Positions 1 through 10,698 of a stretch of DNA of 64,000 nt are shown piece after piece. The stretch covers positions 3,264,001 through 3,328,000 of the forward strand of contig OY969696.1 in the NCBI GenBank assembly GCA_963702005.1. The letters are read 5' to 3'. The position numbers and the translations under genes are program-made. The notes below the pieces were generated by a model. The model was not told the origin of the DNA and made no database searches. It saw nothing but the letters and a program-made list of their open reading frames with translations. This DNA comes from Candidatus Aminicenantes bacterium. GTDB lineage: Bacteria; Acidobacteriota; Aminicenantia; Aminicenantales; JAFGBC01. Position 1 is the stretch's first letter, and each line of letters starts with the position of its first letter.

Positions 1-1
1 G

Positions 2-679
2 CGCCTGATGGCCGAGCTCGGCCTCGACGCGATCCTGGCCGGGTTCGCCTGCGCCACGATCCTGCTCGCCTCGCTCTTGGCCTTCCGCGAGGATAACCTC
101 AAGCGCCGGCTCGCCTATTCGACGGTCGGGCACCTCTCTTACATCGTGCTCGCCTCCACCCTCCTCGCGCCGGCCGCGCTGGCCGGCGGCCTTCTCCACC
201 TGGCCTTTCACGCGACCCTTAAAATAACCCTGTTCTTTTGCGCCGGCGCCGTTTACGTCAACCTCCACAAGGAGCGGGTCAGCGAGCTCGACGGCATCGG
301 CAAGGTCATGCCTTGGACCATGGGCGCTTTTACGATCGGCGCGATCGGCCTGGCCGGCATCCCGCCCCTCAACGGATTCGTCAGCAAATGGTGCCTGGGA
401 CTGGGCTCGCTCCAGGCCGGCCGGGGTTTCGTCCCGGCTCTGCTCATCCTCAGCGGACTCCTCAACGCGGGCTATTTCTTTCCGATCGTGCGCAGGGCCT
501 TTTTCAAAGAAGGATCTTTTCCTGAGAACGCCGGGGAAGCGTCCCCGGCCTTGGTGATTCCCCTGCTGGCGACGGCCGCCCTGTCGCTCGGGCTCGGCCT
601 TTATCCCGACCTCTTCTTCCGTTTCTACCGACTGGCCGCGGCCGCGGCCGCGAGCGTCATCGGAGGCTCAAGCCTATGA
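2..679 (+). CDS. Proton-conducting membrane transporter (MrpD/NuoM-like antiporter subunit), 5' partial
   Basis: Motifs LKRRLAYSTVGHLSYI, HATLKITLFFCAG, GIPPLNGFVSKW; frame is open from the window edge. Confidence 0.85.
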   Translation, partial: RLMAELGLDAILAGFACATILLASLLAFREDNLKRRLAYSTVGHLSYIVLASTLLAPAALAGGLLHLAFHATLKITLFFCAGAVYVNLHKERVSELDGIGKVMPWTMGAFTIGAIGLAGIPPLNGFVSKWCLGLGSLQAGRGFVPALLILSGLLNAGYFFPIVRRAFFKEGSFPENAGEASPALVIPLLATAALSLGLGLYPDLFFRFYRLAAAAAASVIGGSSL

Positions 680-2400
680 TATCCGCCGGCGGAATGATTC
701 CTCCCGGCCTGATCACTGCGGTCGGCGCCGTCCTCGTCCCCTTCCTGCCGCGCCGGTTGAGGTCCTCGGCCTTTCTGTTCTTAGGCCTGCTCGCCCTGGT
801 CCTGGTCTTTGCGATTCCGGACGGCACGGTCAGGACGCTCCGAGTCGTGGATTACACACTCGTACTGGTCCGGATGGACGCCCTGAGCCGGGTGTTCGGG
901 ACGATCTTCGCCCTGATCGCCCTTGCCGGCGGCATCTATGCCTTCCACCTCAAGGACGCCGGACAGCAGTCGGCCGCGCTCCTCTACGCGGGAAGCGGAC
1001 TGGGCGTCGTCATGGCCGGGGACCTGTTGACGCTTCTTGTATTCTGGGAGGTCATGGCCCTCGCCTCAACCTATCTGGTCTGGGCGCGCCGGACCTCCGA
1101 TTCGGAACAAGCAGGGACCCGCTATCTTTTAGTCCACCTCTTCGGCGGCGGACTTCTGTTCGCCGGCATCATCGTCCATTTAGCTCAGGGAGGAACCCTG
1201 GAAATCGCCCGCCTCGCGCCGGGAGCCGCCCCGGGTCCCTGGCTCATGCTGGCCGGAATCGCCCTGAGCGCGGCCTGCCCTCCCCTTCATGCCTGGCTGC
1301 CGGATGCCTACCCGCGGGCGACCGTGACGGGCGCCGTGTTCATGAGCGCCTTCACGACCAAGGCCGCCGTCTATGTCCTTCTCCGCGTCTTTCCCGGCTG
1401 GAAGATCCTCATCGTCCTCGGCGTCATGATGACGCTTTACGGCGTCGCCTACGCGATCATGGCCAACGATATTCGCGGCGTCCTCGCCTACCACATCGTC
1501 TCTCAGGTCGGGTTCATGGTCGCCGGAGCCGGAATCGGGACCGAGATGGGGATTAACGGCTCGGCCGCCCACGCCTACAGCCATATCCTTTACAAAGCGC
1601 TCCTGTTTATGGCCGCCGGCGCCGTCATCGAGGCGACCGGCCGCTCGAAGCTGACCGAGCTGGGAGGGCTGGCCAGGGCTATGCCCAGGACTCTCGCCCT
1701 CTACATGATCGCCGCCTTCTCAATCTCCGGCTTTCCGCTCTTCAACGGATTCATCAGCAAGTCCATGGTTCTCGGCGCCGCCAAGGAGGCCCATCTTCCG
1801 CTGGCCTGGGCGCTGATGACATTAGCCTCGGCGGGCACGTTCTTCAGCGTCGGGCTGAAACTTCCTTACTACGCCTGGTTCGCGAAGCCGCAGGGGGCGA
1901 AACCCAAACCGCTTCCCAAGAACATGGAGATCGGGATGGGGCTTGTCGCGCTCCTCTGCATCGGGTATGGAATATTTCCCGGCTTACTCTACCGTTTTCT
2001 GCCCTATGCCGTCTCTTACAGGCCTTTCACGGTATCCCATCTCGCCGAGGCCGGTCTTCTTCTCAGCCTGACCTTCCTCGCTTTCTGGCTGCTTAAAGAT
2101 GTCATCAGGCCCAAAGAGAAAGTCCTCCTCGACCTCGACTGGTTCTACCGGAGACCGGCCGGGGCGGCGCGCCGAATATTCGTCGACGGTCCGGGCTCGG
2201 TTTTCGACTGGACCGAGAGGGCGGCCGGGAGAATCGTTCGAGGAGCGGTGGCCTTCGGACGAAACCCGGCCTCGATCCTGACCCCGGGAAAAGCCGGGGG
2301 CTCCTACTCGCCCGACCTCTACCGCCCGATGACCCAAGCTTTGATCATCCTCGTCCTCGCCTGTTTCATCATTCTAGCTTTGGCCGGGCTGTTCGGATAA
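676..2400 (+). CDS. Na+/H+ antiporter subunit D-family (Mrp/NuoL-N type) membrane protein
   Basis: Many TM segments; VFWEVMAL, PLHAWLPDAYP, HILYKALLF, GFPLFNGFISK; ATGA overlap with the upstream gene. Confidence 0.85.
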   Translation: MISAGGMIPPGLITAVGAVLVPFLPRRLRSSAFLFLGLLALVLVFAIPDGTVRTLRVVDYTLVLVRMDALSRVFGTIFALIALAGGIYAFHLKDAGQQSAALLYAGSGLGVVMAGDLLTLLVFWEVMALASTYLVWARRTSDSEQAGTRYLLVHLFGGGLLFAGIIVHLAQGGTLEIARLAPGAAPGPWLMLAGIALSAACPPLHAWLPDAYPRATVTGAVFMSAFTTKAAVYVLLRVFPGWKILIVLGVMMTLYGVAYAIMANDIRGVLAYHIVSQVGFMVAGAGIGTEMGINGSAAHAYSHILYKALLFMAAGAVIEATGRSKLTELGGLARAMPRTLALYMIAAFSISGFPLFNGFISKSMVLGAAKEAHLPLAWALMTLASAGTFFSVGLKLPYYAWFAKPQGAKPKPLPKNMEIGMGLVALLCIGYGIFPGLLYRFLPYAVSYRPFTVSHLAEAGLLLSLTFLAFWLLKDVIRPKEKVLLDLDWFYRRPAGAARRIFVDGPGSVFDWTERAAGRIVRGAVAFGRNPASILTPGKAGGSYSPDLYRPMTQALIILVLACFIILALAGLFG

Positions 2401-2445
2401 GAAAAAAATTTGAATACCAATCATCGCGTCTCAGGAGATAATTTT

Positions 2446-2721
2446 ATGTATTACATTCTGTTCTACAAGACGGTCGACAACTACGTTGAAAAGCGCGCTC
2501 CTTATCGGGAGGAGCATCTCGGCTATGGCCGAGCGGCGCACCGGCGCGGCGAGCTGGTCATGGGAGGCGCTCTCTCCGAACCCGCGGACGGCGCCGTGCT
2601 GGTATTCAAGGGCGAGAGCCCGGCCGTTACGGAGAACTTCGCCAAAAACGACCCTTACGTTAGGAATGGATTAATCGTCGAATGGAAAGTTCGTCCCTGG
2701 ACCGTCGTCATCGGCGGCTGA
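2446..2721 (+). CDS. YciI family protein
   Basis: RAPYREEHL, GALSEPADGAVLVF, FAKNDPYV motifs; AGGAG ribosome site before ATG 2446. Confidence 0.85.
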   Translation: MYYILFYKTVDNYVEKRAPYREEHLGYGRAAHRRGELVMGGALSEPADGAVLVFKGESPAVTENFAKNDPYVRNGLIVEWKVRPWTVVIGG

Positions 2722-2730
2722 TGGACGGCC

Positions 2731-2759
2731 TTGAAAAGTCGGCGGGGAGCGTGTATGAT
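2731..2759 (+). promoter_or_regulatory. Putative sigma70 promoter for DUF1844-ribF
   Basis: TTGAAA-N17-TATGAT, 11 nt upstream of ATG 2771. Confidence 0.55.
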
Positions 2760-2770
2760 GAGGCTCGATC

Positions 2771-3067
2771 ATGAGCGAAGAAGGCAGAACCGAAGAAGGT
2801 CAGGGGTTCCTCCCCCCGGTCGAGTTTTCGACGATCGTCCTCCCGCTCTACATCCAGGCCTCGATTAAGCTGGGCCTGATCGAAGACCCTCAGACCGGGA
2901 AGACCGAGGAAGACCTCGACTTCGCCAAGCGGCTCATCGACGTCCTCGACCTCCTCAACGACCGGACCAAGGGCAACTTGGAAAAGGAAGAGGAGGTCCT
3001 GCTCGGCTCCTGCCTCCAGCAGCTCAAGATGAACTATCTCAAGAAATCCAAGATCATCTCCCTCTGA
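2771..3067 (+). CDS. DUF1844 family protein
   Basis: LGLIEDPQTGK...DLDFAKRLIDVLDLL..RTKGNL pattern. Confidence 0.8.
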   Translation: MSEEGRTEEGQGFLPPVEFSTIVLPLYIQASIKLGLIEDPQTGKTEEDLDFAKRLIDVLDLLNDRTKGNLEKEEEVLLGSCLQQLKMNYLKKSKIISL

Positions 3068-3071
3068 AGGC

Positions 3072-3995
3072 ATGGTCCTCATCACCCGGCCGTCCCAACT
3101 TACCCGGAGCCGTCGCTTGACGGCGGTCGCCATAGGAAACTTCGACGGCCTTCATCTCGGACACCGGCGGGTCCTGAAGACGCTCGTCGAGTCCGCCCGC
3201 CGCGGCCGTCTCCGGCCGATCGTCCTCACTTTCTCCCCGCATCCCGAAAAGGTCCTGGGCGGGAGGGCGATCCATATGATCCAGACCCTGGACCGTCGCG
3301 TCGATGGAATCCGCTCCTCCGGGATCCCGGACGTGAGAATCATGGCCTTCAACCGGGCCTTCGCCGGACTCCCGGCCGCCCGCTTCGCCGAAGAGATCCT
3401 CGCCCATCGGCTCAAAGCCCGGACGGTCGTCGTCGGCGCCGGTTTTCGCTTTGGGAAAGGACAGGAAGGGACCGCCGCGGCCCTTGCGGCTTGGGGAAGG
3501 CGGCTCGGGTTTTCAGTCAGGGCCGTTCCGTCCCTGCGCAAAGACGGCGGCCTCGTCTCGAGCTCGCGGATCAGGCGGCTTCTCGAGGCGGGCCGGATCG
3601 GCGAGGCCAATCGCCTCCTCGGCCGGCCCTACGAAATCGAGGGTTGCGTCGTCCGGGGGCACGCCCGGGGCCGCGCGCTCGGGTTCCCCACCGCTAATAT
3701 CCGCACGCCCAACGAGATACTGCCGCGGGGAATTTTCATCGCCAAACTCGTCCTGGGACGTCGGGAGCTGCCCGCCCTGGCCTACATCGGAACCCGGCCG
3801 ACCTTCCGGGAAACGACGATGGAGGTCGAAGTCCATCTCCTGGGCTTCCTGGGCGATCTCTACGGCCGCGCGGTCCGCGTCCTCTTCCTGAGGAAGCTCA
3901 GGGACGACCAAACCTTCCCCCGCCCGGAAGCGCTCGTCCGCCAGATGGCAAGGGACGCGGCGGCGGCCCGCGCCCACTTCCGGCGCTTAGCTTGA
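3072..3995 (+). CDS. ribF: Bifunctional riboflavin kinase/FAD synthetase
   Basis: AIGNFDGLHLGH, SSSRIR, GRALGFPTANI, GTRPTF, EVHLL. Confidence 0.95.
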   Translation: MVLITRPSQLTRSRRLTAVAIGNFDGLHLGHRRVLKTLVESARRGRLRPIVLTFSPHPEKVLGGRAIHMIQTLDRRVDGIRSSGIPDVRIMAFNRAFAGLPAARFAEEILAHRLKARTVVVGAGFRFGKGQEGTAAALAAWGRRLGFSVRAVPSLRKDGGLVSSSRIRRLLEAGRIGEANRLLGRPYEIEGCVVRGHARGRALGFPTANIRTPNEILPRGIFIAKLVLGRRELPALAYIGTRPTFRETTMEVEVHLLGFLGDLYGRAVRVLFLRKLRDDQTFPRPEALVRQMARDAAAARAHFRRLA

Positions 3996-4084
3996 CTTTT
4001 TCCCTGAGATATAGCATTTTTAGGACTCCGAACGTCGGCCGGAGGGGCGCCTTCGGTCCCGGCAACGCTCCGAGGAGGACGGTC

Positions 4085-4642
4085 ATGGACGACAAAGTCA
4101 AAGCCAAGGTCATGGACAACAACAAGATCCGGCGCGCCCTGTACCGGATGACGACCGAGATCATCGAGCGGAACCGGAACCTCAAGAACCTGGCCATCGT
4201 CGGGATCCGGACCCGGGGCATCTACATCGGCAAGCGGATCGCCCAGCTCATCAAGGAGTTCGAGCGGGTCGAGGTCCCGGTCGGCGTCATGGACATCACG
4301 CTCTACCGGGACGACATCGGCGAAATCGAGAGCCAGCCCGAAGTCCAGAAGACCGAGATCGAATTTTCAATCAACAAGAAAGACGTCCTCCTCGTCGACG
4401 ACGTTCTGTTCACGGGCCGAACGATCCGGGCCGCCATGGACTCCCTGTTCGACCTGGGCCGGCCCCAGACGATCCAGCTCCTCGTCCTGGTCGACCGCGG
4501 CCACCGCGAGCTTCCGCTCCGGGCCGACTACGTCGGCAAATTCCTGCCGACCTCGCGCCGCGAGACCGTCCAGGTCCGGCTCAAGGAGATCGACGACAGC
4601 GACGAAGTCCTGATCACGGAGCCCGCCGACCTCAAAAAATAG
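4085..4642 (+). CDS. pyrR: Pyrimidine operon regulator / uracil phosphoribosyltransferase
   Basis: [33 protein letters not shown]; GAGGAGG before ATG 4085. Confidence 0.95.
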   Translation: MDDKVKAKVMDNNKIRRALYRMTTEIIERNRNLKNLAIVGIRTRGIYIGKRIAQLIKEFERVEVPVGVMDITLYRDDIGEIESQPEVQKTEIEFSINKKDVLLVDDVLFTGRTIRAAMDSLFDLGRPQTIQLLVLVDRGHRELPLRADYVGKFLPTSRRETVQVRLKEIDDSDEVLITEPADLKK

Positions 4643-4658
4643 ACGAAGAGGAGACCCC

Positions 4659-5597
4659 TTGGAGCTCAAGTCCAAACACCTGCTGGGGATCGAGACGCTG
4701 GAGCCTTCGGAAATCCGGCTCATTCTCCAGACGGCCGATTCCTTCCTCGAGATCTCGACCCGCGAGATCAAGAAGGTCCCGACCCTGCGCGGCAAGACGC
4801 TCATCAACCTCTTCTACGAAGCCAGCACCCGGACGCGAAGCTCGTTCGAGCTGGCCGGCAGGCGGCTGAGCGCCGACATCCTGAACTTCAGCAGGCAGTC
4901 CTCGTCCGTCGTCAAGGGGGAAACCCTCCGGGATACGATCCTAACCCTGGAGGCGATGCGGCCGGACGCCATCATCATCCGCCACGGCTCCTCGGGGTCG
5001 GCCTACTACCTGACGACCTTCTGCCGCTCCCACGTCATCAACGCCGGCGACGGCCTCCACGAACACCCGACCCAAGCCCTCCTCGACGCCTATACGATCA
5101 GGCAGGAGAAGAAGTCCTTCAAGGACCTCAAGGTCGTCCTGTGCGGGGACATCCTCCACAGCCGGGTCGCCCGCTCGAACCTCCATTGTCTGAAGAAGCT
5201 GGGCGCCGACCTGACCCTGTGCGGCCCGCCTACCCTCCTCCCGCCCGCCTTCGGGGCCTTCGGCGTCAAGATCCAGCACGATTTCGACAAGGCCTTGGAC
5301 GGGGCGGACGTCATCATGATGCTCCGCATCCAGCTCGAGCGGATGCAGAAGAGCTTCTTCCCCTCGGTTCGGGAATACCACCGGCTCTACGGGCTGACGG
5401 CCGAACGGGTCGCCCGGGCGGCCAAGGATGCCATCGTTATGCACCCCGGCCCCATCAACCGCGGCGTCGAGATCGCCCCCGACGTCGCCGACTCGGCCCA
5501 GTCCCTGATCCTCAGGCAGGTCGAGAACGGGGTCGCCATCCGGATGGCCGTCCTCTACCTGCTCTTAGGAGGCAAAGAAAGTGAAAGTGTTGGTTAA
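4659..5597 (+). CDS. pyrB: Aspartate carbamoyltransferase catalytic subunit
   Basis: [35 protein letters not shown]; TTG start after GAGGAG. Confidence 0.97.
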   Translation: MELKSKHLLGIETLEPSEIRLILQTADSFLEISTREIKKVPTLRGKTLINLFYEASTRTRSSFELAGRRLSADILNFSRQSSSVVKGETLRDTILTLEAMRPDAIIIRHGSSGSAYYLTTFCRSHVINAGDGLHEHPTQALLDAYTIRQEKKSFKDLKVVLCGDILHSRVARSNLHCLKKLGADLTLCGPPTLLPPAFGAFGVKIQHDFDKALDGADVIMMLRIQLERMQKSFFPSVREYHRLYGLTAERVARAAKDAIVMHPGPINRGVEIAPDVADSAQSLILRQVENGVAIRMAVLYLLLGGKESESVG

Positions 5598-6862
5598 AAA
5601 CGGGCGGGTCATCGATCCCGTCTCCGGCATCGACGAGAACTCTGGACATCCTGATCGACAAGGGCAAGATCGCCGAGCTCAAGCCCCAGATCAAGGCCGA
5701 GGATGTCAAGACGGTGGACGCCGCCCGGCTCGTGGTCGCGCCCGGATTCATCGATATGCACGTCCATCTTCGCGAGCCCGGCCAGGAGCATAAAGAGACG
5801 ATCCGGACCGGAAGCCGGGCCGCCGCCCGGGGCGGTTTCACGACGATCTGCTGCATGCCGAACACCGTTCCCCCCAACGACAACCGCGGCGTCACGGAGT
5901 ACATCCTGTCCGAGGCCCGCAAGAGCGCCGTCGTCAACGTCCTTCCCATCGCCGCCATCAGCAAGGGGCTCAAGGGCGAGGAGTTGGCCGACCTGGCCGA
6001 CCTGGCCGCGGCCGGAGCCGTCGGCTTCTCGGACGACGGCAAGCCCCTCGCGAACAGCCTTCTGATGCGCCGGGCCCTCGAGTACACGCTCCCTCTCAAG
6101 CCGCTCGTTATCGACCACTGCGAGGAGCGGAGCTTGAGCGAGGACGGCCATATGCACGAGGGCTTCTGCTCGCACCGCTTCGGGATCCGGGGCATGCCCG
6201 CCGCAGCCGAGGAGATCATGGTCGCCCGGGACATCATCCTGGCCGAGCAGGCCGGAGCCCGTATCCACATCGCCCACCTGAGCGTCAAGGGCGCCGCGCG
6301 GTTGGTCCGGGAGGCCAAGGCCCGCAAAGTCCGGGTCACGGCCGAAGTGACGCCCCATCACCTTGTCCTAACCGACGCCGCCCTGGAGAGCTACGACACG
6401 AATTTCAAGATGAATCCGCCCCTCAGGAGCGAGGAAGACGTCGAGGCCCTGCTCGAGGCCGTCAAGGACGGGACGATCGACGTCATCGCCACCGACCACG
6501 CCCCCCACGCCGCCGAGGACAAGGACCAGGAATTCGACCTGGCCTCCTTCGGGATCACCGGCCTGGAGACGGCCGTCTCCGTTCTCCTCGACCGGCTCGT
6601 CCACAAGAAGATCATCTCGCTCGCCCGGCTCATCGAGCTGTGCGCCTCGAACCCGGCCCTCATCCTAGGCCTTGAAGGTAAGGGACGGATCACTCCCGGG
6701 GCCGACGCCGACCTCGTCCTCCTCGCCCTCGGCAAGGAGATCGTCGTCGAAGCCGGCGAGTTCCAGTCGCTGGGCCGAAACAGTCCTTTCATCGGCTGGA
6801 AGCTCAAGGGGACGCCGGTCATGACGATCGTCGGCGGACGAATCGTCTACCCCTTCGCCTGA
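5581..6862 (+). CDS. pyrC: Dihydroorotase (one extra A at 5638-5639 splits the frame)
   Basis: [13 protein letters not shown] in one frame continues as [11 protein letters not shown]...[28 protein letters not shown] in the +1 frame. Confidence 0.93.
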
Positions 6863-6864
6863 CC

Positions 6865-7602
6865 ATGAATCTTTCGGCCCTGGAGAAAAAGCTCGGCTAT
6901 ATGTTCCGGGACAAAGAGCATCTCTTCCGGGCCTTGACCCACAGTTCCTTCGCCTACGAGGCCCCCGACCGGGCCGCCGGCGACAATGAAGTCCTCGAGT
7001 TTCTGGGCGATTCCGTCCTCGGCCTGGTCGTGGCCGATTTCGTCTGCGCCGCCTACCCCCACCTGTCCGAGGGCGAGTTGTCCAAGCTCAAGGCCTCCGC
7101 CGCCAGCACCCTCGGCTTGGCCGAGTTCGCGCTTAAGGTCAAGCTCGACAAGCTCGTCCTGCTCGGCAAGGGCGAGGAGAAGAGCGGCGGCCGTAAAAAA
7201 AAGACGATCCTGGCCGGCGCCTTCGAGGCCGTCATGGGCGCCCTCTACATCGACGGCGGCTACGAGTCGGCCCGGCGCGTCCTCTGGCCGATCCTGGAGT
7301 CCTCGTTCAAAAAGCTCAAAAACAAGGACATCCTGATCAACAACTACAAGTCCGCCCTCCAGGAGCACTTCCAGAAACAGGATTGGCCGCCGCCCGTCTA
7401 CCGGACCATCGAGTCGGCCGGCCCCGACCACAAGAAGGAATTCACGGTCGAGGTCGGACTCGGGGAGCGCGCCCTGGCCAGCGCCAGCGGCCCCTCCAAG
7501 AAAGCGGCCGAACAGAATGCGGCCCAGAAGGCGCTAAAGAAAATCTGGGGCCGGAAGATCAAGCCCCTGTCCCAGGACATCTTCTTCTTTAAGAAGAAAT
7601 AA
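6865..7602 (+). CDS. rnc: Ribonuclease III
   Basis: ALTHSS, NEVLEFLGDSVL, FEAVMGALYID, C-terminal dsRBD (NYKSALQE...KKAAEQNAA). Confidence 0.96.
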   Translation: MNLSALEKKLGYMFRDKEHLFRALTHSSFAYEAPDRAAGDNEVLEFLGDSVLGLVVADFVCAAYPHLSEGELSKLKASAASTLGLAEFALKVKLDKLVLLGKGEEKSGGRKKKTILAGAFEAVMGALYIDGGYESARRVLWPILESSFKKLKNKDILINNYKSALQEHFQKQDWPPPVYRTIESAGPDHKKEFTVEVGLGERALASASGPSKKAAEQNAAQKALKKIWGRKIKPLSQDIFFFKKK

Positions 7603-7620
7603 GGGCCGTCCGGCAAACCC

Positions 7621-8271
7621 ATGGCCAAGTGTTCCCGCTGCGAGACGAGAAAGGCCCGGCGCCGCTGCACGGCCTTGGGGAGCGACATCTGCAGTCTGTG
7701 CTGCGGTCGGATCCAAGGGAAGGACATCCATTGCCCGCCCGGCTGCGAGTATCTCGCCCAACATACGCCTTACCAGGAAAAAAAGGTCCTGGAACGCAAG
7801 GCCGTCCCGGCCGCCGGTTCCGCCCGGCGCAAAAAAGAGGCGGCCCTGGATGAACGGATGAAGTGGCTCCTCTTCTCCCTGGAGGCGATCCTCAAAGAGA
7901 TCGCGGACAGGAGCCCGGCTTTCCGCGATAAGGACGTCCTCCTCGCCTGCCAATACGCTAAGGACAAGCTCGCCAAGGGCGAACGCCGCCTCATCCTGCC
8001 GGGTGAAATCCATCGGCCCGGGAACGCGGCCGGGGAGGCCGTTTACCAGGCGGTCAGCCGCTGCCGCTTCGAGCGGACATCCCTGATCGTGGGCACCGCC
8101 GAAGCCTACACGTCCGAGGAGCAAACGGCCGCCCTCGATGATCTCATCCAGACCGTCAAATCCATCGCCCGGGATCAATGGGAAGGCCGGACCTTCCTTG
8201 ACCGGCTGAGTGAGCGGTTCGACCGGATCGGCGGGCTCTCCGGCGAGCCGAAGCTTATCAAGCCCGTCTGA
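7621..8271 (+). CDS. Hypothetical protein with Cys-rich N-terminal (putative Zn-binding) domain
   Basis: CSRC...RRCTA..ICSLCCG...HCPPGCEYL; host-like codon usage. Confidence 0.75.
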   Translation: MAKCSRCETRKARRRCTALGSDICSLCCGRIQGKDIHCPPGCEYLAQHTPYQEKKVLERKAVPAAGSARRKKEAALDERMKWLLFSLEAILKEIADRSPAFRDKDVLLACQYAKDKLAKGERRLILPGEIHRPGNAAGEAVYQAVSRCRFERTSLIVGTAEAYTSEEQTAALDDLIQTVKSIARDQWEGRTFLDRLSERFDRIGGLSGEPKLIKPV

Positions 8272-8290
8272 TTCTTCAAAGGAGGCTCTG

Positions 8291-9514
8291 ATGACAGAAG
8301 AAACCCCGGTCAAGGCTTACGGTTATCGCTGGCTGGTCCTCTTAGCGTTCATGGTCATCGGAGGCATGACCCAGGTCCTCTGGATCACCTTCGCTCCCGT
8401 CACCAGCGCGGCCGCCGTATTCTACCACACCTCGGACCTCATGATCGGCCTGCTCTCGATGAGCTTCATGATCGTCTACATCATCGTCGTCCTCCCCTCG
8501 GCCTGGGCGATCGACACCTGGGGGTTCCGCAAAGCCGTCGGCTTGGGGGCCGCCCTCACCGCCGTCTTCGGCCTGACGCGCGGGATTTTCGCCTCGAATT
8601 TCACCGTTGTTTTCCTGTCCCAGGTCGGCATCGCCGTCGGCCAGCCCTTCGTCATCGGCGCCATCACCAAGGTCGCGGCGCGCTGGTTTCCCGCTAAAGA
8701 ACGGGCCACCGCCTCCGCCGTCGGCACGCTGGCCCTTTACCTTGGTCCCCTGGCGGCGATGCTCCTGACGCCCTTCTTGGTGTTGCGCATCGGCCTGCCG
8801 CACACGCTCCTAGTTTACGGCGTCGCCGCGGCTGCGGCAGCGGTCCTGTTCCTGGTCATAGCCCGCGAGCATCCCCCGACGCCGGCCGGTCGGGACGAGC
8901 GCGTCCTTATGTTAGAGGGGCTCAAGTCCATGCTACGCCAGCGCGACTTCATCTACCTTCTGATTATGTTCTTCGTCGGGCTGGGCATGTTCAACGGCGT
9001 ATCGACCTGGATCGAGGACATCATCCGTCCGCGCGGGTTCACCATATCTCAGGCCGGCTTGCTGGGCGGGCTGATGCTCGTCGGCGGAATTATCGGCGCC
9101 GTCATCATGTCCCTCATTTCCGATCAGTCCCGGCGCCGCAAGCCCTTCCTGGTCCTGGCCCTGGCCGGTCTCCTGCCCGGTCTCGTCGGCATGACCTTCG
9201 CGACCAGCTCCTGGCTGCTGTACCTTTCGGGCTTTGTCCTCGGCTTTTTCCTGCTCAGCGCCGGACCGATCGGCTTTCAATACGCCGCCGAGATCACCCA
9301 TCCCGCCCCGGAGGGGACCTCCAACAGCTTGCTGCTGGTCATGGGACAGATTTCCGGCATCATCTTCATCCTGGCCATGGATGTCTTCAAGAATCCGGCC
9401 AGCAAGGCCATGACGACGTCGCTCTTGGCCCTGACCGTCATGACGGCCGGATGCGCCATGCTGGCCACCCGCCTACCCGAGTCCCCCATCTCTCGGGCCC
9501 ATCCGGAAAAATAG
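8291..9514 (+). CDS. MFS transporter
   Basis: About 12 TM segments; IDTWGFRK, ARWFPAKERATA, SDQSRRRKP; AAGGAGG before ATG 8291. Confidence 0.9.
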   Translation: MTEETPVKAYGYRWLVLLAFMVIGGMTQVLWITFAPVTSAAAVFYHTSDLMIGLLSMSFMIVYIIVVLPSAWAIDTWGFRKAVGLGAALTAVFGLTRGIFASNFTVVFLSQVGIAVGQPFVIGAITKVAARWFPAKERATASAVGTLALYLGPLAAMLLTPFLVLRIGLPHTLLVYGVAAAAAAVLFLVIAREHPPTPAGRDERVLMLEGLKSMLRQRDFIYLLIMFFVGLGMFNGVSTWIEDIIRPRGFTISQAGLLGGLMLVGGIIGAVIMSLISDQSRRRKPFLVLALAGLLPGLVGMTFATSSWLLYLSGFVLGFFLLSAGPIGFQYAAEITHPAPEGTSNSLLLVMGQISGIIFILAMDVFKNPASKAMTTSLLALTVMTAGCAMLATRLPESPISRAHPEK

Positions 9515-9576
9515 GCCCGCCCAGAAATCGGGTTTATCAAGGGAGTCGGGGTTGCGGATTCCGGGGCCGCCCCGAC

Positions 9577-10596
9577 TTAGGTGCTGAGGAGCGATTCGAC
9601 GAAGCGCAGCGAGGGGACGTTCCCGCAGACGATTTTAATGACGGCCGTGATCGGGACGGCCAGGATCATGCCGGGGATCCCCCACAGCCATCCCCAGAAA
9701 AAGAGGGAAAACAGGACGGCCAGCGGGCTGAGGCCCAGACCCTTCCCCATCAGCTTGGGCTCGACGACTTTACTGACAATAGTGTCCGAAGTCGTGATAA
9801 TGAGCAGGATCCAGAGCGCGGGCCAGATCGACCCGAACTGGAAAAAAGCGAACAGCACGGGAAGGGCATTGGCGATGATCGAGCCGATGTTGGGGATGTA
9901 ATTGAGCAGGAAAATCAGGAACCCGAAGACGATCGCGAAATCGACACCGAACAGGATCAGGACCAGAGTGGCGGAGGCCGCCGACAACAGGCTGATGATC
10001 GTCTTGATGGCCAGGTACTTCTGGACTTGACGGTCGATCTTGTCCATGACCTGGTTGATCGTCCGGGCCCGGGATTTGGGGAAGGAGCGGTCGACCTTGA
10101 CCTTGATCTTGCCGCGGCCGGCCAGCATGAAGATCAGGAAAATAAAGATCAGAAACAGGTTCGAGATGAAAGCCACAAAAGAACCCAGGGAAGCGAGGAG
10201 GAACGAGCCGATTTTATTGATGTCCAGGGCCCCGATCATGGCCGTCGGGTCCCACTTGACGTGCCATGCCGTCATCCGCCCCTTGAGGTACTCCAGAACC
10301 CCGTTTATCCGGTCCCCGTATTGGGGGAGCTGGGCGCTGAAGGTCTTCCCGCTCGAGTAAAACATGGCGCCCATCAGGTACAGGGCCAGGAAGAAGAAGA
10401 GAACGATGACCACGATGGCGACCGCCTTGGGAATCCGAAGGCGGATGAGGGCATCCAGGATGGGCGACAGGACGAAGTAAAAGAGGAGGGCCAGGCTGGA
10501 GGGGAAGAGGACGGGCTTGGCGATCCTCAGGACGACCCCGGCCAAGAAGACGAGGATAAGGACCAGGGAAACGGTCAGGATCTTATTATCCTTCAT
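9577..10596 (-). CDS. AI-2E family transporter
   Basis: LNYIPNIGS, VEPKLMGKGLGLSPL, WGWLWGIPGMILAVP. Confidence 0.9.
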   Translation of the reverse strand: MKDNKILTVSLVLILVFLAGVVLRIAKPVLFPSSLALLFYFVLSPILDALIRLRIPKAVAIVVIVLFFFLALYLMGAMFYSSGKTFSAQLPQYGDRINGVLEYLKGRMTAWHVKWDPTAMIGALDINKIGSFLLASLGSFVAFISNLFLIFIFLIFMLAGRGKIKVKVDRSFPKSRARTINQVMDKIDRQVQKYLAIKTIISLLSAASATLVLILFGVDFAIVFGFLIFLLNYIPNIGSIIANALPVLFAFFQFGSIWPALWILLIITTSDTIVSKVVEPKLMGKGLGLSPLAVLFSLFFWGWLWGIPGMILAVPITAVIKIVCGNVPSLRFVESLLST

Positions 10597-10698
10597 GATC
10601 GGCCGGAGAAGGGTATTATAGGGGAAAAAGGAAGAAAAATAAAAGCGGGGTGAGTCCCCCCGGCCTAAAAATCACCCGGGGATTCACCTTCAAAGGCG

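Noticed and set aside
3996-4084. PyrR-binding attenuator leader
   Set aside because: No ARUCCNGNGAGGYU-type loop or U-tailed terminator is visible, and the TTGACT/TAGCAT spacing is only 14 nt.
10649-10688. Imperfect hairpin GGTGAGTCCCC...GGGGATTCACC in a divergent intergenic region
   Set aside because: Single copy, no U-tract, and no function can be supported.
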